DNA of 64,000 nt from contig NC_042999.1 of NCBI RefSeq assembly GCF_006345805.1, forward strand, positions 147,870,001-147,934,000. The letters are read 5' to 3'. Source of the stretch: Octopus sinensis (taxonomy: Eukaryota). A program made the translations under genes and the position numbers. The notes beneath the pieces are model-generated. The model was given only the letters and a program-made list of their open reading frames with translations, did not search any database and was not told where the DNA came from. Shown here in pieces: positions 53,460 through 64,000 of this stretch (its first letter is position 1; each line of letters opens with the position of its first letter).

Positions 53460-53970
53460 TGTATAGTTATACTACAAATTTTGATAAGTATTTATAGTTT
53501 TGGTTATGATCACTAATTTTAGCTTATAATTATAAAGGCATGGGAAAGACTTTATAGTATGTTGAGGGGTTACTATATAAATAATTTTTTTATATATTTA
53601 TTAATCTTATAAGATTTTTAGAATATATTTAATGATTAGTGGTTTTTAATCATTTAAATCATTTAATTTATTTTGTATTAAGTTTCATTTATCATAGTTA
53701 TTTTATTAATAAATATAGTATAGAGAGATTTTATTCTTTATTTGTGACTTCATTCTATTTACAATTTTGATATAATCATAATTGTTAAGTTCTATGTTTC
53801 TAGGTAGATAATAGAATTTATTATAAGTAAAATTATTATATTATTTATATCTTAAAAATATTGTTTAAATATTTCTGATTATATTTTAGATATTTCAATT
53901 ACCTGAAGATTGACTGTAACCATAACTCAAATTATTACGAATTGGACAGCCATGAAGCGATCGTAGTGTT
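53460..53970. mobile_element. Degenerate Penelope-like element remnant with a hammerhead relic
   Basis: Minus strand SN(x)PQHTIKSFP (frameshifted PLE-type SxHP..K.IP motif) at about 53540-53575; + strand ATTAC-CTGAAGA-TTGACTGT...ACAGCCAT-GAAG-CGATCG-TA-GTG at 53897-53970. Confidence 0.45.
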
Positions 53971-54117
53971 TTACTAATTATCTTTTATTAAACTTTTAAT
54001 ACTTTTGATATATATTTAAAATAATATAAATTAATTAATTTTATGTATTGGCTTAAGTTTTTCATTGTTTGATTTGCCTAATAGTGGTTTTATCTCTAAT
54101 ATAATATAATATATATA

Positions 54118-54171
<54 letters not shown>

Positions 54172-54371
54172 TGTAATGTAGGGTGTACGGACGGCAGAAC
54201 ACACTTGATACGTTACAAGAGTATAAGAGTGCATATACTACATAGCTAAGTCGTCTCCAAAACAGATGTACTGCCAATTGTAGATGTAGCAGATGGTTGT
54301 GAGATTGTTTCTCAAATCACTGTTGTTCATATTTGATATTTAGGTTAATTGAACGAATATTTATGTGTGAG

Positions 54372-54424
<53 letters not shown>

Positions 54425-54633
54425 AATATATAAGTTTCTTTATTGGCCACACAGGGCTGCACACAGATGGGACAAGTTACAAGGTAGAGCTTTTCTTTTG
54501 GGGGATGAAGAGAACAAAAAACAAAAAAAAAAGGGGGTGGCGTAGGTTTTCGATCAAGAGGGATCGTAAAAGGGAAGAAAAGAACAAAAACAAAAAAAAA
54601 TTGAATAAAATAAAAAGAGATATATACAAATAT

Positions 54634-54734
<101 letters not shown>

Positions 54735-55242
54735 TGTGTACATATGCATATACGTATTGATATTTATGTATATAGGCAGATGCATACATTCCGCTCACAT
54801 GTACAAATGCATGTGTGTGTTTGTGCGTGTGTATGTATGTATATATATATGTGTGTGTGTGTGTGTGCTTGTATATAATTATATATATGTGTGTGTGTAT
54901 GAGTGTGTATGTATGTATGTATGTATGTATGTATGTATTAAAGAAATAATGCAGGAAATTACATACATACATATATAGTTGGTATTCGAGTAAGTCGAGA
55001 TAACTAGACTAGTGAGAATGACGATGCTAGAATACTAGAATTAGTTTATGGGGTTTGCATTTACCCTATTAAGACATTTCTTATGGATATACATTTGGCG
55101 ATTGATTAGGAAATTGTATCTAAAAGTACATCGTTCAAGTAGTAAACTGTTCATCCTGTCGATTAGTCAACCAAAAATTAAAGAATCTTTATATAACTAC
55201 GCATATGTTATGTATATAGTTATGTATATAGTTATGTATATA

Positions 55243-55390
55243 GTTTCGCGTAAGCGAAAGCAGGGTTTTGTAATCACTCGTCTTTGTGTCTTTGCAAAGT
55301 TACTGGAAAACGGTTGAACGGATTTTTCACCAAATTTGGTAGAATAATTCCCTGGGTGAGCAGCTCGAAATGATGAAAATTTGATTTGAT
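55243..55390 (+). mobile_element. Possible Helentron-associated (HINE-like) fragment
   Basis: GCGTAAGCGAAAGCAGGGTTTTGTAATCACTCG...GAACGGATTTTTCACCAAATTTGGT resembles HINE 5' regions; recalled pattern only. Confidence 0.4.
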
Positions 55391-55514
55391 TGTCTTCAAC
55401 CATACATAAATACATACATAGATATGCGGCTCTGTATGTGTGTGTATGAGAGAGAGCGTGTGTATGTGTGTGTATGTATGTGTGCGTGCGTGTGTCTATG
55501 TATGTGTGTGTGTA

Positions 55515-55589
<75 letters not shown>

Positions 55590-56028
55590 AGTGATGGATT
55601 CGAGGGTTTCGTTTATTTACTAGTTGATTTCTCTAGAGTATAAATATCTACAACGGTGCTACTTTACAAGCACACACACACAAAAAAAAATTATCGAACT
55701 TACAGATTTCCCGGTAAGCAAGTCGTCATATTATTTATATCCTCCTACAACGAACGTTTGATTCACCTGCCATCATTGGCGGACGTTGAAAAATATTCCA
55801 TAACTATTTCATTCTGTTTACTTTTATTTTCTTTTTTTTTTTTTTTTTTTTGATAATCCTGATTATTCATAATCATGATTATTATTTGAATAATCATTTA
55901 TTTAGTCATATGAAAATTTTACTCATATGCAAATTGTATATTGAACTTTCCAAAACAACCTTTGATTTTTCTTTGTCAACTCGTATTTTAGCATTTCACT
56001 GTAAAACAATTGAAATAGCAAGTTTTAA

Positions 56029-56627
56029 GGCGGCGAGCTGGCAGAAACTTTAGCACGCCGGGCGAAATACTTAACGGTATTTCGCTTGTCGTTACGTTGT
56101 GAGTTCAAATTCCGCCGAGGTTGACTTTGCCTTTCATCCTTTCGGGGTCGATAAATTAAGTACCAGTTACGCACTGGGGTCGATGTAATCGACTTAATAC
56201 CTATGTCTGTCCTTGTTTGTCCTCTCTGTGTTTAGCCCCTTGTGGGTAATAAAGAAATAGGTATTTCGTCTGCTGCTACGTTCTGAGTTAGAATTCCGCC
56301 GAGGTAGACTTTGCCTTTCACCCTTCGGGGTCGATTAAATATGTATCAGTTACGCACTGGGGGTCGATATAATCAGCTTAATCCGTTTGCCTGTCCTTAT
56401 TTGTCCTCTCTGTGTTTAGCCCCTTGTGGGTAGTAAAGAAATAGGTATTTCGTCTGCCGCTACATTCTGAGTTCAAATTCCGCCGAGGTCGACTTTGCCT
56501 TTCACCCTTCGGGGTCGATTAAATAAGTATCAGTTACGCACTGAGGTCGATATAATCAACTTAATCCGTTTGTCTGTCCTTATTTGTCCTTTCAGTGTTT
56601 AGCCCCTTGTGCGTAGTAAAGAAATAG
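56029..56627 (+). mobile_element. Meta-like SINE (family 2) with a three-unit tandem array, 184-bp period
   Basis: GAGTT..AATTCCGCCGAGG at 56101, 56285 and 56469; only the first unit has the A-box head. Confidence 0.93.
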
Positions 56628-57525
56628 AAATAGCAATTTTAGGGTTTTTTTGTTTTTTTTTTTTTTTTGAACACGCATGATTCTTCACAATGTTATTGTT
56701 TCTTAGTTTTAATTCCAAAGCCCCTAAAATAACATTCAAATTTCTTCGCCAACTCGTTTTTTAACGTTTTCGCGAAAATAATTTATCTCTGCACAGAGTA
56801 TGCATCGCCCGTCCGATGTCTTTTTGTTTGTTTTTGTTTTTTCATTATATTTGTAATTACTACTGTATAGGTTAGACCTCCGCTTAGGTCATCAGTAACC
56901 AGTTAGCTTCCCGTATTGTGATTTGTCTACCACTGTACACAGAACATGTGTAGGGGTAAACTGAGATAAACACAAGCATAAATTATTAGTTCATACGTAC
57001 GTTTCAACATTGCTGTGATTTGGAACTAATAATTGGATGTTCCATGAGCATTTAGATGACTAACTGCAGTGTATCATCTAAGATCGCTGTAACTGAATGC
57101 AATAAAATGTACCCCTGAGGAGCCATTGCTGTCAGGCGTTCAAATAATAGCAGTAGGGAAATGCATGCATAAACTAATAATTTCTACTTCTATACACGCG
57201 TATATATAAATGTGTGTGTGTGCGCGCGCGCGTTGTGTAGGTGCATACATACACACGCAACAATCACTGTCTTGCGTCTGCCATATCTAGACATCAGGGC
57301 ACCAGCAGCTTCCCTCCCAGTACGCTCTCAATTTTACAAAGTAACTGCTGTCGCTAATCAATTGATATTTTTTGATAACATCATGTGACCCGCATTGACC
57401 AGTCTTTTGTTAGCCATCTTGGACTTCCTGAATCTCTCCATTCGCCAGTCAAAAGCCTGAGGAGAAGAGCTTCATTTGGAGCTTGCGAAACTTTAAGTCG
57501 TCTGGATGGGAATAAAACTGTTCTA

Positions 57526-57556
<31 letters not shown>

Positions 57557-57565
57557 ATATATATA

Positions 57566-57927
57566 TTTCAGTCCCACTAAGTGGCACCTTGGCAAGTGTT
57601 TTCTCCAATAGCTTGGGGCAGACCAAAGCCTTGTGAGTGTATTTGGTATACGGATACTGAAAGAGGACCATCGTATATATATATATATATATATGCATGT
57701 GTGTGTGTATGTGTATGTGTGTCTGTTTGTTCCCCTACTATCGCTTGACAACCGATGTCGGTGTGTTTATGTTCTCGTAACTTAACGGTTCGGCAAAAGA
57801 CACCCATAGAATAAATACTAGGCTTACAAGGAATAAGTCCTGGGGTCGATTTGTTCGACTAAAAGCAGCGCTCCAGCATGGCTGCAGTCAAATAACTGAA
57901 ACAAAGAAAAGAATAAAAGAATAAAAG
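57566..57927 (+). mobile_element. CORE-type SINE (family 1), 5' truncated at a (TA)n tract
   Basis: TTCAGTCCCACT..TGGCACCTTGGCAAGTG through to an (AAAAGAAT)n tail. Confidence 0.9.
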
Positions 57928-57929
57928 TA

Positions 57930-58013
<84 letters not shown>

Positions 58014-58232
58014 TCTGTAGATTATATATTTGTAAAACAAGCACATTTTAGAAGTTAGAGCGTTCTTTACTGGAAATTAATTATATGGCCGCCCATTTGA
58101 ATCTGACGAGTCGTCTATAAGACTAAGCGTTTTATGGTTGCGAAACCCTTTCATTACTCTATGACTGGCCACATAATTTATTTCCTGTTATGATATATAA
58201 ATGTGTGTGTGTTTGTATCACACAAACACCTG

Positions 58233-58305
<73 letters not shown>

Positions 58306-61300
58306 CAAAATTTCGTTGTGATACATAGTTTGAGATATAGAATGAAGCTTTGATCATTTGAAGGAAAATGTGTTTGCTACGAGGAAAATTTAGAACTGAT
58401 ATCGTGTACATTCCTTGACGCTTTATTGATTACACGAACTTTTTTAAAAACTAAAATATGAGAAACCATGCAAATGTTCATATAATTATATCAGTCTATA
58501 TTGAAAAGATGCGAATATTTTCAATGCACTGTCTTATTACATATCTAATCCTGATTGCTTATATCTATTGCCAACACATTTATTAATGTCCGTCTAAATT
58601 TATAAAATGAAATATTCTAATTCTCTTTTGAGTGAACTACCCATGTTATTTTCTCTGACTGTACACAGCATTCACATATTGTTTTCTTGAATGAAATCTA
58701 GGTTGTGCTTTCATATCGCCTGTGTCGTTCTGTTTCTTGATCTATCCATAGGTTTCGCACAAGATATATTTTATAATGTATCTCGCATGCCTAACTGTAC
58801 TGCGTAGCTCACACTTCATTGCCCTAATAGAGACGAAGTCAAGACTTCTAAGAGCATACATAGAAGCCATCCTTGTATATGACTGAGTTTTCTGGGACAA
58901 AAAGAAAACAAATTCGTAGAAAATTGGATCGCCGTTGGATAGATATGGTTATATAGACAAATTTTGAAGATGTTCAATGTATATATAGTGACAAATGTCG
59001 AAATATTTAGATGAGAAACCAACAGAAACCAACAGAAAGCCTTTTAAGATGAGAAACCAACAGAAAGCCTTTTAAGAACACAAAAGAACAGGAAATTTCA
59101 TTGGATATAAGAAGAAAAATCCCGAGTGATTCGTATCAACTACGAAGCCAACAGAAAGAGGAAAATAAACGGAAAACATGACCAATGTCCCTACCAGCTG
59201 GCTACAGAAAGACCAGTCTGCTAAATTGATACATTGAGTGAGAGGTATGGGAGGATGGTGATAGATAATTACTGACGTTGTAAGTCTCTTTGGTGATATC
59301 GAGGTAGTTAAATGGCCAATCATTCGTTAGCCTTAGAAACGACTTAAACCACACTCTGAATTTTCCTGGTTTCAAGTTCAAAATACGGCGAGTGATTTCC
59401 ATAACGTAACAACTGATTATTCGCCTTTTAGAAAGCTAAATGAGAGGTTGACACATTAATACAGCTTCCTGTCACCCAACCATAGTGTTCCGAAACCTAG
59501 TGAATATGGTCAGCGGAAGAAATATAAAACAGATTTTCGACGCTGCGGTCCCATACTACAGCGAGACCTTGCTCTTTTAATGGCATTATTAGTTGCACGC
59601 TCGATCCTCGCTACACCAATAGAAAGTGTCACCGGAACGTTTTGTGGTTCACATCCTACTTTTCTCTGACCGCAAAAGTTTGCTTAGTTAAGATCTTTCT
59701 TAGTTTAATGGACAGATATTTTACACATACGAATAGGTTTCGCATAATACTGAATAGACAAACATTAAGCGATTTTTGTAGATGAAAACCTAGTATAAAT
59801 ATAATATTGTGGGTCCACACTTGAGACAGAAGCAGAATATCCATGCGGAAGCAAAACTACACGTTCACTCATTGACAAATTCAACACAGAGGCCGTCGAG
59901 TATTAGGCAGCGGTGATGTCTAAGGACACCTCTTCGGACGGATATATACACGGAGGTATGTAGATATGAGAGATGGTTCTGAAAACTCCTAAAATGCAAG
60001 GAGAAACAGGGCACAACCTTGGATGGACATGAATGGTCCATGAAGGAAAGCATTAAAATTAACATCAAGTAGAGAGTGCAGGAGAAATGCAAGCCTTATA
60101 TCATTGGTACTTGGAGATGTATGTTAGGCCTTGCAGAGTAAAGTACCATGCTAAAAATCTGTCTTCACCCCGACTCGTACCTAAACTACAAGTGCAAGGT
60201 TTTCCACTCTTACCCATATGAAAGCAAGTATGTGATAGGTTACGCCCGGACTTCACCATGATCATAAACTTTAGGACTTCCACCACCAAACTTGAATGTT
60301 CAGTACATTGAACATTTAACACTTAAACAGACAGGAGCATATATACATATCAACCCTCCAGCAGACATACCCATACACTCTTTACAGGCAGTTCTCAATC
60401 ACTCCTGATGATGTCTACCCCTCATCGTATCCTACAGGTTTGTTTCGACTTCTTCGCAACACTCACAAGCTGGATTTGATATTTGCTTACCCCCAGTAAT
60501 GGAGAGCTGCTGCGAAGTTTTCTTCTTCTTTTCCATATCGAGAGGTGCAGTGTTAAGGAATCATCTTGTTACCGAATTGATGTGCAGAATTCGTGAGCAG
60601 AAATTAATCTTCTCTGTTCACTCCTTTGCCCCAAATGGGTTCAACTCACCTCCACTCTTCTCCTGACACCAACCTCACCTCCATTCTTCAATTGATACCA
60701 ACCCCGTACCACTCCACACATACTAGCACTGACCACTTCCCAGCACCCACACCACACAATCTTTAATAGCGTCGCCACATATACCACTACATGAGCAGCC
60801 ACACACACTGTTTAACTCAGTAAATATACACGACCATCATGCACACTCCCACACCCACACAAACACAATACCTAAACACAGGCTGTATATACATACACAC
60901 GCAACATATATAGACAAAGATGACTTTCGCCCACATATATTCACCATACACATGAACACTGTTAGGTCACAGGCATGCACACACACACACCACACAAACA
61001 CACACAAAACACACACACACACACACCACGTGAAAAAGTACACATCAACTGCCACACACAACACACACATACACATGTTAAACACGCTCACATTCACACA
61101 CGTCAGAGTCACTCACCACTATTCATACATACACACATACACAATCATACACCATTCTCTCATAGACACCAACGCACGCGCACTTTGTATTGTTGGGAAT
61201 ACAAGCACTTTATTATCTCCCTTTCATTCAACATCTTTTTAATTATTCTTAGCTCCCTTTCTTTCAACCACTTTTTTCTCAATCACCTGCCATGCTGGAC

Positions 61301-61315
61301 CGCTGAAATCTACAA

Positions 61316-61480
61316 GTTTTTCTTTTTTTTCACTCTCTATTTTCTCTACACATTTCTGTTGAAGAGCGTAAGCTCGAAAGGTAAGAGACTTTTTAAATTT
61401 TTCCGAGCATCAAACTAATACACTTGCTTGTTGTTCATACACCTATCATCGTCTTTCGTTTTTGCATAAATTTCAACTAT
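61316..61480 (+). mobile_element. Short hammerhead-bearing repeat, U6-core family
   Basis: ATTT-CTGTTGA-A-GAGC-GTAA-GCTC-GAAA-GG-TA-AGAG at 61352-61387. Confidence 0.75.
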
Positions 61481-61740
61481 ATCTATCTATTTATCTATTA
61501 TACACATACGAGTAGAGCGGTGGGATATAAGCGTAGTAAATATGCGTGTCCTAGGTATATACTATTAAGTCTCTGGAAGGGTGACTATCGTGCACAAGAA
61601 GCATATTAAGAAAACTTTTAGAATTTATACAGACGGATAATTTTTTTTGATTCTTTTCTAAGAAGAAATGTACTTCTACTGTATCGATGAGATCGAGGCA
61701 ACTTAATTATTTTTCTTACCGTCATTTAGACCTAGGAACT

Positions 61741-62150
61741 TTTCTTTTATTTTTCTTTTATTTGGTTCAGTCATTTGAATGCGGTCATGCTGGAGCAACA
61801 CTTTTAGTCGAACAGATCGACCCCAGGACTTATTCTCTGTAAGCCTAGTACTTATTCTATGGGTTTGTTTTGCCGAACTGCTAAATTACGAGGACGCAAA
61901 CACATCACCATCGGTTGTCAAGCGATGATGGGGAAGACAAACATAGACACACAAACACACACACACGTGCGCGCATATATATATATACGACAGGCCTCTT
62001 TCAGTTTCCGTCTACCAAATCCACTCACAAGGCATTGGTCGGCCCGAGGACATTGTAGAAGACCTTTCCCAAGGTTCCACACAATGGGACTGAACCCGGA
62101 ACCATGTGGCTGGTAAGCAAGCTACGTACCACATAGGCACTCTTGCGCCT
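61741..62150 (-). mobile_element. CORE-type SINE (family 1), full length
   Basis: Homologous to 38941-39375. Confidence 0.92.
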
Positions 62151-62999
62151 GTTCATGAAGATGTATAATAAAAACTGTTCTGTCCATAGACCTCCTATAT
62201 GTATGTATGACTAGGACTAAAATATTCAACGAACGTGTTTCGAGATTGTATGATGTGATCTTATGGCTATTTGACTGATCCTGCAAGCAGACCGAGTGAC
62301 TACGAAGAATGTCACGTGGTGATTAGACGAAACTGCTTCGTAGGATTAGGAGCATTTTCCAAAAATAACGAAACTATCAAAATTAATCTGAATTGATATA
62401 TTTACCAAGTTATATCCTTGTTACCGTACACACATATCTTCAGAAGACGGTGTGATTACGTTAGTATGTGTGAATGAATGGGTCTGGGTATAATTAAATA
62501 CAACGATTATGCAAAAATATCGGAGGTGGAAATGTGATTCATTTCCAAAACAAACATTTCACTTTAATCTTCTGAACAACAAAGAACATCGATATTGATA
62601 ATTAACAAAGAACAGACAAGACTGAAGCAAATAACATCATCAGTAACAAGCAAACAAAAGCAATGAATAAATAGACAAATTTACAATAAATAAATAAATA
62701 TATAAAGGGAATTTCTATCGCGTCACTTATATTTCTTTACGAGTATGCCACCACACTCATCGACAAATTCCATGCCGTCTTTAATATTTCCACACCTAAA
62801 TGACAGGACTTTCCTTTACAAGCAAAACTCCGATGACATTGGTTAAAAGACTAACATAACACTTATGTCAATTTAAATTGACGTACTGGACATCATATAA
62901 TCTATAAGTTTTTGACTGCCCTTAAGATTCAGTCTTCTTCCTCCGGGCTATACGTCTATTTAAACAGTGATAATAAATGCAAATAATTTTCAAATGTTG

Positions 63000-63410
63000 A
63001 CACAAGGCTAGCAATTTCGGGTGAAGAGATCAGTTGATTACATCGACTCCCCTCTTCACCTAGTACATATTTTATCAACCCCGAAAGAATGAAAACAAAA
63101 GTCGACCTCAGCCGCATTTGAACTCAGAACGTAAAGATGAACGAAATGCCGCTAACGCTTCTGCCACTTCGCCATCTTAATGTTACTTAATATTAGCAGT
63201 AACAAAAGCGACGAGCTGGCTGAATCTTTAGCATACCGGGCAAAATGCTTAAGCGGTAATTCGTCTGTCTGTACGTTCTGGTCGACTTTGCCTTTCATAC
63301 TTTCGGGGTCGATAAATTAAGTACCAGTTGAACAATGGAATCGATATAATCGACTAACACCATACCCCAAAATTCTTGGCCGTGTGACATAATTTGAGAC
63401 CAATATTAGC
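63000..63410. mobile_element. Head-to-head pair of Meta-like SINEs (minus about 63000-63178; plus about 63205-63410)
   Basis: gtcgacctcagccgcatttgaactcagaacg (minus copy) and gcgacgagctggctgaatc...gtcgactttgcctttcat (plus copy). Confidence 0.82.
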
Positions 63411-64000
63411 AACAGCAATTTTGTTGGCAAACGTTACAGTAATGACAAAATCTGTGACAAATAACAGATATAAAAACCAGGTGAGAAAGAGCCGATTTCT
63501 TTATTTTCTCATACATGTATCGCTGTAGTGAAATCAGTACAACCTGGATAGGATTCAGACGTAAATTAAAATGTATTTTTAAAGTTTTATATATTTTAAA
63601 CCGCCCATTATTGATCATCGAGTTTTCTACATTTAGAACTCAAAACCTTTTCATAGACTGAAAAAGGAGAGCCGCTCTCGTTAAATCTACATTGAAAGTG
63701 GATTCATCGGAGAAATTAATGGTTCCTAACTCATATTTATACTTTGTCACTTGCCTAATCAGTGGAAGATGTAAAGTATTTTCAGCTCTTTTCAGGATCT
63801 TTAAGATGTGTAGGAAAAAGATAGGGAGCTATAGACAGATGGAACACTTCGTTGTAGGGGTTATCTCGTAGGGGTTATCTTTTCGAGCCTACTGGCTAAT
63901 TAGACTAGAACTTATTCCATTTTCTGTTAAGTATAGGTGACTGAGAATACAAGTGGCGCTCTTAACGAGACACGAGTCCGTAACATAAACACTGTTTACC

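Noticed and set aside
53460-54060. Possible mitochondrial insertion (very AT-rich)
   Set aside because: No recognisable mitochondrial protein, rRNA or tRNA motif; a Penelope-like relic fits better, though weakly.
56029-56627. CRISPR-like periodic array
   Set aside because: Units are full 184-bp tandem copies of a SINE segment with no unique spacers, in a eukaryotic context.
58095-58135. Hammerhead-like CTGACGA-GTC...GAC-TAAG
   Set aside because: GAAA is mutated and helix I is absent; too degenerate to call. Similar relics near 47840-47895, 58750-58800 and 62300-62345 were also left uncalled.
58990-59080. Short tandem duplication of about 29 bp (GATGAGAAACCAACAGAAAGCCTTTTAA)
   Set aside because: An ordinary local slippage duplication with no further structure.
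59800-60710. Possible Jockey/CR1 remnant
   Set aside because: Only isolated weak hints (PDD, NSP); could not be aligned convincingly by eye.

Overview
AT-rich, microsatellite-dense eukaryotic genomic DNA. The SINE and transposon repertoire suggests a coleoid cephalopod, probably Octopus (inference, not verified). The only host coding sequence I recognise is one intact 213-codon segment of axonemal dynein heavy chain DNAH3 (28700-29341, +). It has a plausible GT donor but no obvious acceptor and is fused to the head of an antisense SINE. The rest is transposon-derived or simple sequence: a full-length degenerate hAT/Buster element with TIRs and TSD, a near full-length RTE LINE, Tc1/mariner/maT remnants, CR1/Jockey and R4/Dong fragments, a small Helitron, a MITE and at least three tRNA-SINE families. 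The most notable unannotated signal is about a dozen minimal hammerhead-ribozyme motifs (CUGANGA...GAAA...UH, palindromic helix III) from several sequence families. Six of them form three divergent inverted pairs (fold-back units), and four belong to a short repeat family with a fixed A6-to-U core change. All calls were made by eye and no searches were run.
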